Source: Candidatus Caenarcanales bacterium
Lineage (GTDB): Bacteria; Cyanobacteriota; Vampirovibrionia; LMEP-6097
Assembly: GCA_013216135.1 (NCBI GenBank)
Contig: JABSOS010000004.1
Coordinates: forward strand, 79,939 to 143,938
Direction: 5' to 3'
Length of the DNA: 64,000 bases
The position numbers and the translations under genes are program-made. This document shows, in pieces, positions 28,392 to 37,670 of the stretch. The notes beneath the pieces are model-generated. The model saw only the letters and a list, made by a program, of their open reading frames with translations. It searched no databases and was not told the DNA's origin. Each line of letters begins with the position of its first letter. Position 1 is the stretch's first letter.

Positions 28392-28454
28392 CTTATCTAA
28401 TGTGGTTTTACCTTTTATGTGCAAAAGTCTACTAAAGCAAAAGGATGAAGTAAA

Positions 28455-29402
28455 ATGATAAATATTCAGGAATGTATGAAAGAAATTCATAATATCGACA
28501 CAAGCTCAATTCTAGAACGAATCCACTTTGAGATTATTGTGGCAGTAGAGGAGTTGGGTACAGTAACATCCGCTGCAAAGAAATTACATCTTAGCCAGTC
28601 AGCCCTAAGTCACAGTATGCGAAAACTTGAAAAATCACTGGGCTTAGAAATCTGGCAGAGACAGGGTCGTAGACTTGTTCTAACACAGGCAGGAGAATAT
28701 TTATTAGCAGTTGCTGAGCGCTCCCTCACACAGTTTAATCATGCTGAAGAGCGCCTTCGATTATTTGCCCAAGGGCAGAAGGGGATTCTTAGAGTCGGTA
28801 TGGAATGTCACCCTTGTTATCAATGGCTATTAAAGGTTGTGGCACCTTATTTAATATCATGGCCTTCTGTAGATATTGATATAAAACAAAAATTTCAATT
28901 TGGAGGGATAGGAGCACTGTTCGGTTACGAGATAGATATGCTTGTTACACCAGATCCTCTTTTTAAAAAGAAGTTGCTATTTGAGCCTGTGTTTGATTAC
29001 GAACAAGTGCTTGTGGTAGGGAAGTCGCATGAACTATATCAAGCAGATTTTATTAATCCAGAGGATTTATCACAAGAAATAGTGATCACTTATCCAGTGT
29101 CAATCGATAGATTAGATATATTCTCACAGTTCATGACTCCAGCCGGAATATACCCAAAAGAGCATAAGGTGATTGAAAATACCGATATCATGCTTCAGAT
29201 GGTTGAGAGTGGAAGAGGCGTGGCTGCTCTACCACGCTGGTTAGTTGAAGAGAGTTCTAAACACTTTCAAGTAGCTCCAGTAGCTCTTGGATCTAAAGGA
29301 ATTCAAAAACAAATATACCTAGGGATTCGTGAGGATGAAGTTAACATTGATTACATTAGTGCATTTCTTCAACTAGCTCGTGAACAGTGCTATGTTAAAT
29401 AA
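28455..29402 (+). CDS. metR: LysR-family transcriptional regulator, MetR-like
   Basis: N-terminal HTH (VTSAAKKLHLSQSALSHSMRKLE) and LysR substrate-binding domain. Divergent from metE across a 63-bp spacer. Confidence 0.75.
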   Translation: MINIQECMKEIHNIDTSSILERIHFEIIVAVEELGTVTSAAKKLHLSQSALSHSMRKLEKSLGLEIWQRQGRRLVLTQAGEYLLAVAERSLTQFNHAEERLRLFAQGQKGILRVGMECHPCYQWLLKVVAPYLISWPSVDIDIKQKFQFGGIGALFGYEIDMLVTPDPLFKKKLLFEPVFDYEQVLVVGKSHELYQADFINPEDLSQEIVITYPVSIDRLDIFSQFMTPAGIYPKEHKVIENTDIMLQMVESGRGVAALPRWLVEESSKHFQVAPVALGSKGIQKQIYLGIREDEVNIDYISAFLQLAREQCYVK

Positions 29403-29520
29403 TGAGGGTGTTTCATGCTTTAGCCTTTAGTTCAATATTTGATAATTTGCAAAAAACTTCATAATGAAAACCAAACCGGAATCAAATTCCACCTCCTTGT
29501 TGTGGAACGCGCCCACTAGG

Positions 29521-29620
29521 GGGAGCCATTAAAAGAAAGCCCTGATCGATTGATTGGGGCTTTTTTGTTTTTAAGGCTTTAAACATTTCAGCAAATATTC
29601 CGTAAACATTATAAACATTA
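29521..29620 (+). repeat. About 100-bp repeat copy 2 (partner of 3635-3737); shares only the last 10 nt of the tRNA fragment
   Basis: gggagccattaaaagaaagccctgatcgattgattggggcttttttgtttttaaggcttt ... Upstream sequence does not fold as a tRNA T-arm. Confidence 0.65.
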
Positions 29621-29677
29621 GACGACGTGGTTTATAGTACCTTATTTTTTGAGGAAAATGTAATTAGGATATTTTTA

Positions 29678-31456
29678 TCAGAATCCAACTTCGTCAATAT
29701 TACTATTTGAGTTTTCTATGATTAATTCAACTGGACCCACATTGTCAGATTGTCCATCGTAGAAATCACCTATATAATAGCCGGTGGTTTCAAAATCTTC
29801 TAAGTCACTTTGCCTTCTTATTCTAGATACAGACCCAGAAATGTTGGTATTGTAAACTTCAAGTGGAGTAAAAGTATTATTTGTTCTATTTGAAACAAAT
29901 AAACGCCCAACTATATAGCCAAAAGAACTACTTCCTCTTCCATCATCAAAATTAACTTTAATATTCGCATTATTTACTAGGATTGGATACTCTTTAATTT
30001 TATCAATCTCGTCAACAGTAATCGATGCAGTGGAGATGAGTCCTCCAGCCCTTACATCAGCTGAAATAGAACCGAGTTTATGATTAACTTTGAGACTAAC
30101 ATCAATATCAATATTATTAAATTTAAGTCCAGGTGATGCACTATTAGCTATTATAGCAAGGGAATTCCTTGCTATGTTTTGTCTCTCAGATTGATAATTC
30201 CAGTCTACTGTTTTTAGGTTTATATTTCCTGTGATTTTAACATTCGTAAAATTGGTTCTCCCTATTTCATTTGCAAATACTGCAACTGAGTTCTCACCTG
30301 ATATATTAATATTTTCAAGAGTTAAGTTTTTAATTTCTGCTGCTCCTTTTAAACTGCCGATTAGTTCAAATATCGCAGCTTCTGAATTACGGTTCATGTA
30401 TAATCCTGAAATTTTGTGTCCTCTCCCATCAAAATGAAATAAGCCATGAGTATAAAAAAAACGAATGGGTGGAAACCCTTCTCCATCATGCCAGTTCTTT
30501 GTTTCTGAGCAGTCAATATCGTTAAGCAACTCAATATGTAAATTGTCGTGAACTAAATGTGTACTATTGTATGATCTATTTAGTTTTTGAAGATCCACAC
30601 AATTTTCTATTTTAAAAGGGTTATTAATTGTACCTTTTCCCTTAGGCTTTTCGTTAGCCTCAGTTTTTCTTAGTTCTTCTTGAAAATCAAATTCACTTGC
30701 TTTTATAAAAGTCATCTCAAAATTACCTTTCAAATAAGGTCTAGTCCACAAATATATAATTTGTGAATTACTTTTTGGTATTGGTAAACTATCAAAAATA
30801 TTACCTTTAACTGTTACCAGATTTGGATTCTCTGAAGATTTCTCAATCGTGATTTTACGTAAGTAAGAGCTATACCAAATATAATCTTCATTAAAAGAGC
30901 CATCATTAAGCCCTGAATTAAATCCAGAATTACTATTCTCTAATCTTGAGTATAATTCTTTAAAATCTGGTATATATTCATCTGGGATTACTTCACTCGA
31001 GAATGAAATGACGAGAGAAGTATCAAATTTGTCTCTTAAGGACTTTCTTTTCTCAAGATTAATAGTCTTTATATAGTCATTTTTAGAAGAAGCAAATGCT
31101 TTATCTACTTCATTAATTAAATCAATATTTGATAATGAAAAAAAATATTTTTTATCATTTGTATTATCAATATTCGTTTCTTCAATAGTAAATCCACCTA
31201 TACCTGAGTTAACCTGACCTAGAAAAACTATTTTTTTTTCTCTTGGTATATTTTCACTATTAGCTTGGAGAAATTTGTTTCTTTTATTAATCAAAGTTCG
31301 GTATTTAGCTCCCCTCCTTTTCTGGTTAAATGCTTCTAAGGAAACTTGAGTAATGACTTCATATTTCAGCTCATTTTCAGCATTTGCAGGAACTTGTATA
31401 GAAAATATTACTAACAATGCAATATATAGTTTTAATATAATATGCTTGTGTATCAT
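29678..31456 (-). CDS. Secreted hypothetical protein (signal peptide), 592 aa
   Basis: MIHKHIILKLYIALLVIFSIQVPANA. Asn/Ser-rich; no family recognised. Confidence 0.5.
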   Translation of the reverse strand: MIHKHIILKLYIALLVIFSIQVPANAENELKYEVITQVSLEAFNQKRRGAKYRTLINKRNKFLQANSENIPREKKIVFLGQVNSGIGGFTIEETNIDNTNDKKYFFSLSNIDLINEVDKAFASSKNDYIKTINLEKRKSLRDKFDTSLVISFSSEVIPDEYIPDFKELYSRLENSNSGFNSGLNDGSFNEDYIWYSSYLRKITIEKSSENPNLVTVKGNIFDSLPIPKSNSQIIYLWTRPYLKGNFEMTFIKASEFDFQEELRKTEANEKPKGKGTINNPFKIENCVDLQKLNRSYNSTHLVHDNLHIELLNDIDCSETKNWHDGEGFPPIRFFYTHGLFHFDGRGHKISGLYMNRNSEAAIFELIGSLKGAAEIKNLTLENINISGENSVAVFANEIGRTNFTNVKITGNINLKTVDWNYQSERQNIARNSLAIIANSASPGLKFNNIDIDVSLKVNHKLGSISADVRAGGLISTASITVDEIDKIKEYPILVNNANIKVNFDDGRGSSSFGYIVGRLFVSNRTNNTFTPLEVYNTNISGSVSRIRRQSDLEDFETTGYYIGDFYDGQSDNVGPVELIIENSNSNIDEVGF

Positions 31457-31600
31457 AGTTGTATTGATTCCAAAGTTGAATTAATTGAAGGTTAAAGCAA
31501 TACCAACTTTGGATAAAAAATAAAAATATTTTCTATAAAAATGTTTAAAACATTTCAAATCTGGGCATAATATATTTATCAAACAAAATATTTGAATTAA

Positions 31601-31627
31601 TTGATCCAAGAAATTGGGTCTTTTTTG
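31601..31627 (+). terminator. Hairpin + T-tract element ttgatccaagaaattgggtcttttttg (copy 2)
   Basis: Same element as 23525-23550, with one G-U pair in the stem. Confidence 0.4.
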
Positions 31628-31702
31628 TTTATAAGACTAAGTTTTCTTCAGCGTCACATTTATGCCAATAAATATAGAATCCCTTGTTTAAAGCTAACTG
31701 AT

Positions 31703-31938
31703 TTAAAATTCTCTTTGAGTTCTACCATTACCTTCTCTGAAAGGGTGTATTGCATTGATTGCACCCATATAGTAAGCAGATCTCATATTGAACTCTTTTT
31801 TCTCTAAATTTTGAAGAAAATGCTCTTCATGTAATGTATTTATTATTGACTTAACTTATCATGGTCATAAATCTCTAATTTATTCTTGAAAACATTGTTA
31901 TTAGAGTATTTTTAGTTATCCTCTGATGAGTACTTATC
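31703..31938 (-). pseudogene. Decayed Fic toxin pseudogene (paralog of 2972-3568), internally deleted with premature stops
   Basis: Minus-strand translation gives MSDKYSSEDN* ... LHEEHFLQNLEKKEFNMRSAYYMGAINAIHPFREGNGRTQREF*. This collinear with Fic1 MSNRYSVNDKY ... LNYLQNLDQKEFSEQVAYFIGEINAIHPFREGNGRTQREF, but about 230 bp remain of about 600. Confidence 0.6.
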
Positions 31939-31943
31939 AGACA

Positions 31944-32126
31944 TTAACTATATCTCTTGGTGATGTTTGATAAAGCTTGAGGAACATCTAGGTTTCCTTT
32001 CAAAATCAAACTAAGATCTTTCAGAAATGCTCGTGAAGTTTTTAATCCCTCTAATCGTTGTTGAGCAATAGCTATTTTAGCAGCAATTTTTGAAAATTCA
32101 AATTCTTTAGTTTTAAGGTCTTTCAA
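31944..32126 (-). CDS. VbhA-like antitoxin paralog (intact), partner of the decayed Fic
   Basis: IAIAQQRLEGLK ... LILKGNLDVPQALSNITKRY parallels 2767-2979 (AIAQQRIEGNK ... LIAKGEMDTETAIRNVNKFY). Confidence 0.55.
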   Translation of the reverse strand: MKDLKTKEFEFSKIAAKIAIAQQRLEGLKTSRAFLKDLSLILKGNLDVPQALSNITKRYS

Positions 32127-32231
32127 GTTGATTTCCTTTTTAACTAATTCTAATCATAATATGCCTTGATATTATTAAGGTTTATCTGTCTTCCAGACTT
32201 TTTTCTACTATGACTATATTGGCTTACCCTT

Positions 32232-34169
32232 CTATTGAAAAATTGGAGCAAGGTAATGCTCAAGCAATGTGTCAGAAGCTGAGTTGAAAAACTCTCGGAA
32301 TTGTCCCAAAAGATTTTTATTCTCTTCATCATCTTCATTATTTTTAAAAAACTCAGTATCAAGATCAAAGAGTTTAGATGCCATATCTAATGAAACCCAG
32401 GCTCTATCTTGGGTCTCAACACAAAATAAATCTCTTATTTTATAAAGTTTAAAACCATTATTTTCAAGTAATGGTCCATCTTCTAAAGTTCTCATAAGCT
32501 CCATCTTACTTAGACGGTTTTTTTGAAGCTGCTGATGCTCACGCTTATTGATGATAAGTGAAAATTCAGTATCATCAATCAAATGAGTTTCATATGTATA
32601 ATCCCAAAAGTTTGTGTCAATTGAGTTTAAGTCAAGGATATATGCAAAATCATTTTCATTAGATTTTTTAACTAAGTAAAGATTTTCACTGGGATTGAAT
32701 GCAATAATATCTACATTGGAGTCATTTTTTAATTGAACTCTTATAGGTTTTTCTATATCATGGAAATGATCAAATGTGTGTGAATCATTCAAATCTACTT
32801 TTTGATGTATAAAAGTTTCAATATTAAAAAATCCTTCTTCCATAAACGTATTTAGGCGATTATCATTACTATCCTTTATTTCTAATACTTTATCTTTCAT
32901 TGCTGTTATTAAAAATGAATTAGTTCCTTCAGCTACAGCTGTTGCTAATGATTCAAACATAAGAGAGTACATGGTAAGACTCGTTGCGGCTAGATAACTT
33001 GAAAATTTTTTAAATTTTGATTCAGCTATAGGTGTTATTAGCTCTAGAAGAGGTAGTGCTTGAGAACAATGAAGAAGATACCTGGGACTTCCAGTGGCAA
33101 GTGCTATGGGCAAACTTGTAAGTGCAGCAATACCTGAATTTTTATACTTTTTGAGAAATTGCTTTTTCCAGCCAATACTTTCATTCGATAAGTCTTGATC
33201 TGTTTTTTCATTATTATTTAAAAAATTATATGAATAGAGATAGGTCAACATTGTAAAAGCTCTATTCTTAGTTGGTGAGATTTCTGGATTCGTTGAATCT
33301 AAGGCAAGCTTATTTAAGTCAACATTATTAATCAAGGGGTTAATAATATCTATTAGGTGTTGAACAGTATGTGTTTCATTTAAAGCAATCATTGACATGG
33401 TTAGTAGTGAGAGTTGACTTATTTTTTTGAGCATTTGGCGTGATTTGTTGTGTGACTCTTCAATTGCAAGAAAAGCCTCATTTAAACTTATCTTGTAGTC
33501 ATTCGTTAACTTAGGATTCTCTCTAGTATTGATTATTAGATTTTTAGTTGGGATAAAATTATTGAAATCAGACTTGTTTGTTTCTGCACATGTGTTCCTA
33601 CACTTAAACTCATTTTCAAAATCTTTATTTAATTGATTGTTTAAACTTCTTAAATGATCAAGTGATAATGATAGTGCTTGGAAACGTTTTACTTTGACAC
33701 TTCTATTGCTTAAATTAGGTTCAACAGGTTTGCATGAATTGACTTCTTTAAAACATAATTTCAATTTTTTTTGGAATTCTCTAAGTTCAATGTTATTAGT
33801 CGTAAATTGTTTTTGTTGTAAATTCTCCCAGTTCATCAATAAATCATCTAATTTTTGACTATGATCTGATTCTGAGATTTTGTGAATATTGGTAACAGTT
33901 TCTATAAACTTTGTTACGGTATTTTTCAATTTGAATGTTAAAGCAAAATCTTTTTTGTCAATTTGTTGTTGATTGGCGATCAGAGTTGCAGCTTTATTGT
34001 AAATGGGATTAACTTTTATAGAAGCCTCTACTGTATTATCTATGGGATCATTATTGCAAGGTTTTTTCTTTTTATGTTCTGATTTAGATTCACTTACATC
34101 AGTTGCAGCATTTATATTATCTCTTCTATCTTTTAACGGATCATTATAAGAACCTCGAAAATTTATCAT
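32232..34169 (-). CDS. Hypothetical protein, 645 aa
   Basis: Long ORF. No family recognised. Confidence 0.5.
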   Translation of the reverse strand: MINFRGSYNDPLKDRRDNINAATDVSESKSEHKKKKPCNNDPIDNTVEASIKVNPIYNKAATLIANQQQIDKKDFALTFKLKNTVTKFIETVTNIHKISESDHSQKLDDLLMNWENLQQKQFTTNNIELREFQKKLKLCFKEVNSCKPVEPNLSNRSVKVKRFQALSLSLDHLRSLNNQLNKDFENEFKCRNTCAETNKSDFNNFIPTKNLIINTRENPKLTNDYKISLNEAFLAIEESHNKSRQMLKKISQLSLLTMSMIALNETHTVQHLIDIINPLINNVDLNKLALDSTNPEISPTKNRAFTMLTYLYSYNFLNNNEKTDQDLSNESIGWKKQFLKKYKNSGIAALTSLPIALATGSPRYLLHCSQALPLLELITPIAESKFKKFSSYLAATSLTMYSLMFESLATAVAEGTNSFLITAMKDKVLEIKDSNDNRLNTFMEEGFFNIETFIHQKVDLNDSHTFDHFHDIEKPIRVQLKNDSNVDIIAFNPSENLYLVKKSNENDFAYILDLNSIDTNFWDYTYETHLIDDTEFSLIINKREHQQLQKNRLSKMELMRTLEDGPLLENNGFKLYKIRDLFCVETQDRAWVSLDMASKLFDLDTEFFKNNEDDEENKNLLGQFREFFNSASDTLLEHYLAPIFQ

Positions 34170-34264
34170 AGGTATCTAACTTTTATTACAAAGTAGAAAA
34201 TGGGAATTATTTTACTTGGTAATGAAAGAAGAATGTAGATGGCAATTAAGCTAATATAAAAACA

Positions 34265-34759
34265 ATGCTGAACAAAGCTTTACTAATATTTTCAATACTC
34301 ATTTTTTCAGTGAACAATACTCAAGCTTTAACACTCCCTAATGACACTATGGTGAAAATTGCTTATCTCTCACCTCTAACAGCAAAGTATGGTGATACTT
34401 TAGATATCTATGTTCGAAGATCTGTCTTTCAAAAAGATGAAAATGATAGAAGAGTCCTGGTAATTCCAGCTGGGACTAAGGGGCAGTTAACTATTACTAA
34501 AATTGGTGGTTTGAATAACGATATAGTTATGGACTCTAAAGGTTTTTTGATTTTAGGTGAGAAAAAAGTTTGTTTGAAGCATTATAAGGATAAACGAAAA
34601 GCTTTGAGGAAAATTTATAAAGTCGGTAAGTATGCTGGAATTGGTTCTGTCTTTGGTGTGGCTAGTACCATAGCAGGCTCTGCTATTAAGCGTAAAACTA
34701 ATAAACTAAATTTACCTAAAAAAATGTTTACTACTCAAAACTTAATCTTCTCTATATAA
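34265..34759 (+). CDS. Secreted hypothetical protein
   Basis: 164-aa ORF with an N-terminal signal-like segment. Confidence 0.4.
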   Translation: MLNKALLIFSILIFSVNNTQALTLPNDTMVKIAYLSPLTAKYGDTLDIYVRRSVFQKDENDRRVLVIPAGTKGQLTITKIGGLNNDIVMDSKGFLILGEKKVCLKHYKDKRKALRKIYKVGKYAGIGSVFGVASTIAGSAIKRKTNKLNLPKKMFTTQNLIFSI

Positions 34760-34809
34760 ATTTATGAATATAAATTCCTCAACTAACTTTAGTATCTGGA
34801 GTGAATATG

Positions 34810-35286
34810 TTATAACTCAGGAAAGGATTTCAACATTTTATCTTTCCAATGCTCATTGAAGTTTGTAATTGAAGTAAGTGTTTCTGGTTGTGTTCTGTCT
34901 TCTCCATACTTAGCTTCATAGCTACTCTCTCCAAACTCCATCTGCGCAGCATAGTTTAGTAAGTTATCTAAAAAATTAAGTATGTTGATTCTAGTATCAT
35001 CTGGCATTTTGGGATAAGCAATAGTTATTGATTTTGAGTTATCTTCTTGATCTTCAATTGAAAATTCAAGTTCAGCCCCAGCGCTTTCTGGACCTGTATA
35101 TTTGCCAATTAAAACTCCATTTTCACGATTACCATTCCTGACTTCGTTAAACTCTAAAATCCCATTAGTCATAGATTCTTCTATTTCTACTATCCCATCC
35201 GTATCTTGTTTTTGTGCATCTTTAATTAGGTCAGAAATTTGACCTAAGAAAAAACTGGTATCGGTGTTCGTAATAATTTTTGGCAT
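34810..35286 (-). CDS. Acidic hypothetical protein
   Basis: 158-aa ORF. Confidence 0.4.
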   Translation of the reverse strand: MPKIITNTDTSFFLGQISDLIKDAQKQDTDGIVEIEESMTNGILEFNEVRNGNRENGVLIGKYTGPESAGAELEFSIEDQEDNSKSITIAYPKMPDDTRINILNFLDNLLNYAAQMEFGESSYEAKYGEDRTQPETLTSITNFNEHWKDKMLKSFPEL

Positions 35287-35361
35287 ATTGTTTTTATGTA
35301 TTATAACTATTTTGCTAACTATAATTTACTTTAAAACAAAGAAGTGGTGGTAATTTAAATT

Positions 35362-36279
35362 ATGTTTTTAAATCAATTTTCATCAATTGTAAATGAGCAG
35401 TTAGGTTTTGACCTTAACTCTCAAGTGAAAATTTTAAAGACTTTTTCTTTTATATTGATACTTTGGTTTTCTAATGCTTTTTTAGTAAAACTCGCTTTAA
35501 TAAAAGTCACTGATCCTAAGTCTAAATATAAAGCTCGAAAGATTTTCGGTTATATCAGTTCTGTTTTAGGGGTAATAATAATTGGGCGAATTTGGTTTGA
35601 AGGTTTTACATCTATTGCAACTTACTTAGGCTTAGTCTCAGCTGGACTTACGATTGCACTGAAAGACTTAATTAATGATCTGGCAGCTTGGCTCTTTATT
35701 ATTGGAAAACAACCATTTAAGTTAGGTGATCGAATTGAGATTGGTGAAAATAAAGGAGATGTTATTGATATTGATTCATTACAGTTTACTTTAATGGAAG
35801 TAGGTGCTGGAAGGATTGATGCAGAGCAGAGTACTGGCCGGATGATTCATATTCCTAATGCACAAGTCTTTACTACCCCACTTGCAAACTTCACTAAAGG
35901 TTTTGAGTATATTTGGAATGAAATCCCAATTTTGGTTACCTTTGAAAGTGATAGGAAGAAAGTGAAAAGTATTTTAAACGGAGTGCTTGATAAGCACGTT
36001 AAAGATGTCGTCGCAAGAGCGAAAAGAAGAATTGATCAAGCTTCCCAAAGGTTTTTAATTAATACTTCTAAATTGAGTCCTCGGGTGTATACTGACGTGA
36101 AGGATAGTGGTGTTCTTTACACTTTAAGATATTTATGTCACCCTCATCAGAAAAGAGATACTGTAGAGAAAATTATTGAGGATGTTTTAGAAGAGTTTGA
36201 TAAACATAAAGATATTGACTTTGCTTACAATACTACAAGGGTTTTTCGTAATAATGAAGAAGGGAAGCACTTAGATTAA
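35362..36279 (+). CDS. MscS-family mechanosensitive channel
   Basis: TM helices, then LGDRIEIGENKGDVIDIDSLQFTLMEVGAG..IHIPNAQVFTTPLANFT (MscS beta-domain). Confidence 0.75.
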   Translation: MFLNQFSSIVNEQLGFDLNSQVKILKTFSFILILWFSNAFLVKLALIKVTDPKSKYKARKIFGYISSVLGVIIIGRIWFEGFTSIATYLGLVSAGLTIALKDLINDLAAWLFIIGKQPFKLGDRIEIGENKGDVIDIDSLQFTLMEVGAGRIDAEQSTGRMIHIPNAQVFTTPLANFTKGFEYIWNEIPILVTFESDRKKVKSILNGVLDKHVKDVVARAKRRIDQASQRFLINTSKLSPRVYTDVKDSGVLYTLRYLCHPHQKRDTVEKIIEDVLEEFDKHKDIDFAYNTTRVFRNNEEGKHLD

Positions 36280-36692
36280 TGTATCCTATGATATTGCAGT
36301 TTGATTTTTATACTTTAATGATATTGGGGTTGATAACTTTAGCTGTATTTGTCACTGTATATATCTTATTAAGAAAAAAATATTTAAGTAAAGAGCAAGC
36401 CAAGCTTTACTGTAAGCAAATCCAAACAACAAGCAAGCTTGTTCCAAGCCACTCTCTAATAGAATCTCACAAAATTCTAGTTTCAGCTGTCTCTGAGATG
36501 CAAGGCAAAAAAGCAAATGCAGCCAAGCTTTTAAATAGAATTAAATCGAGGGTACTTGATGAAAAAGAAATGTGGTTCTATCACAGTATGCGTAACCGTG
36601 CAGCACACGAAGTGAATTTCAAAGTGTCTGAAAATGATGCTAAAAAGGCACGTAAAGTTTTCAAGAATGTTCTTGAGGCTTTAGTTAAATAA
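36279..36692 (+). CDS. Membrane-anchored hypothetical protein
   Basis: 137 aa. N-terminal TM. Start overlaps the MscS stop. Confidence 0.4.
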   Translation: MYPMILQFDFYTLMILGLITLAVFVTVYILLRKKYLSKEQAKLYCKQIQTTSKLVPSHSLIESHKILVSAVSEMQGKKANAAKLLNRIKSRVLDEKEMWFYHSMRNRAAHEVNFKVSENDAKKARKVFKNVLEALVK

Positions 36693-36696
36693 CTAA

Positions 36697-36835
36697 TTTC
36701 AGTCTTTCTTCAATAACGAAATTACTAAAGCAAATAAACTCACAAACGCCATAAGACCAAGAATTATCGTAGAAATTAACTTTTCAGCATTCCCTCTCCC
36801 AGAAAATGCCATTAAAGCAAGTGTGAACCTCTTGT
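36697..36835 (-). pseudogene. C-terminal fragment copy (about 45 codons) of the small membrane protein gene at 39372-39713
   Basis: Minus-strand translation *DKRFTLALMAFSGRGNAEKLISTIILGLMAFVSLFALVISLLKKD* versus intact ...TWRFTLALMAFSGGNAEKLTPTIILGLMAFVSLFTLVISLFKKETN*. About 85% nt identity over about 130 bp. Confidence 0.55.
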
Positions 36836-36881
36836 CTCAGGAATATGAGAATATAAAGAATAATATAAAGTTTTATGTCTC

Positions 36882-37670
36882 TTGTTTGTAAACAATAAAC
36901 CTTCTCAAGATAAAAGCGTACGGTCTTGTTATTATAAAGCCATGGATATAAATATTAATGCTTTTAATAGGAATGACTTAAGGGGCATAAATAGGGCTAC
37001 TGGTGAAGATACAAATATCCCAATAAATGAATCACAAAATATAGTTAAAGATTTAAATCATATTGTTGACCAGGGCAAATTTAAAACAGGTTTACAGAAG
37101 ATGCTTTCAAAAATACTTCATTCACAAAATTTTGATCAAGCCTTTGATGTTGCATTTCGACTTCTCATGAGTCCTGTTGAAACGATAGATTTGCTAAATA
37201 TCGGTATTAGAAAAGACTTCCCTTTTATTTTTAATATTTTACAGTCAGCCTCTAGAGAAGGTAAATTTAAAGATCTACAACTTAACTTAAAGCCTTTTGC
37301 TAAAGACTTTTCTGCTTATTTTAAGGATAAAATTATTAACTCTAAAAATAAAAATGAAATTATTCGTGAGATTGTTAATCTTACAACTAATATAATTACT
37401 TTAAATGCAACTAATCTCGAAGAGGCATCTGATTCTCTAAAAAAGTTTATTCGGTCTATTAATAATTCTGTTAAGCATCAAAACCTTAAATCAATTTTCA
37501 TAAGTGGTGATTATGCAATAAAAAATACATTAATCCTTGATGAAGCCTTATCAGACTGGAAAAAATTTAGCCATAGTTTCGGCATCCACATGGACCCTAT
37601 GTCTGAGATAGGAATATCAATGCTAGGAGTTCTTGTAAAAGTAAGGAATGGCTTTTCAACAAATCACTAA
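36882..37670 (+). CDS. Hypothetical protein
   Basis: 262-aa ORF. Confidence 0.4.
   Translation: MFVNNKPSQDKSVRSCYYKAMDININAFNRNDLRGINRATGEDTNIPINESQNIVKDLNHIVDQGKFKTGLQKMLSKILHSQNFDQAFDVAFRLLMSPVETIDLLNIGIRKDFPFIFNILQSASREGKFKDLQLNLKPFAKDFSAYFKDKIINSKNKNEIIREIVNLTTNIITLNATNLEEASDSLKKFIRSINNSVKHQNLKSIFISGDYAIKNTLILDEALSDWKKFSHSFGIHMDPMSEIGISMLGVLVKVRNGFSTNH

Noticed and set aside
28392-28454. Riboswitch (B12 or SAM) in the metE leader
   Set aside because: Intergenic spacer to divergent metR is only about 63 bp, too short for a riboswitch. MetR-type protein regulation is more likely.
26043-28490. Track ORFs antisense to or overlapping metE (27445-27654, 27632-27823, 28074-28289) and the extended metE start at 28490
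   Set aside because: They lie inside a well-supported long CDS on the opposite strand or in another frame. The extended start would overlap metR and adds a non-homologous 33-aa leader.
29470-29530. Copy C as a tRNA or tmRNA 3' end
   Set aside because: The candidate T-arm (tgtgg aacgcgc ccact) has a non-canonical loop and imperfect stem. Only the last 10 nt match the tRNA-Asn fragment.
31601-31807. Plus-strand 68-aa ORF from the track
   Set aside because: It is the antisense of the Fic pseudogene remnant and begins inside a terminator-like hairpin. Judged spurious.
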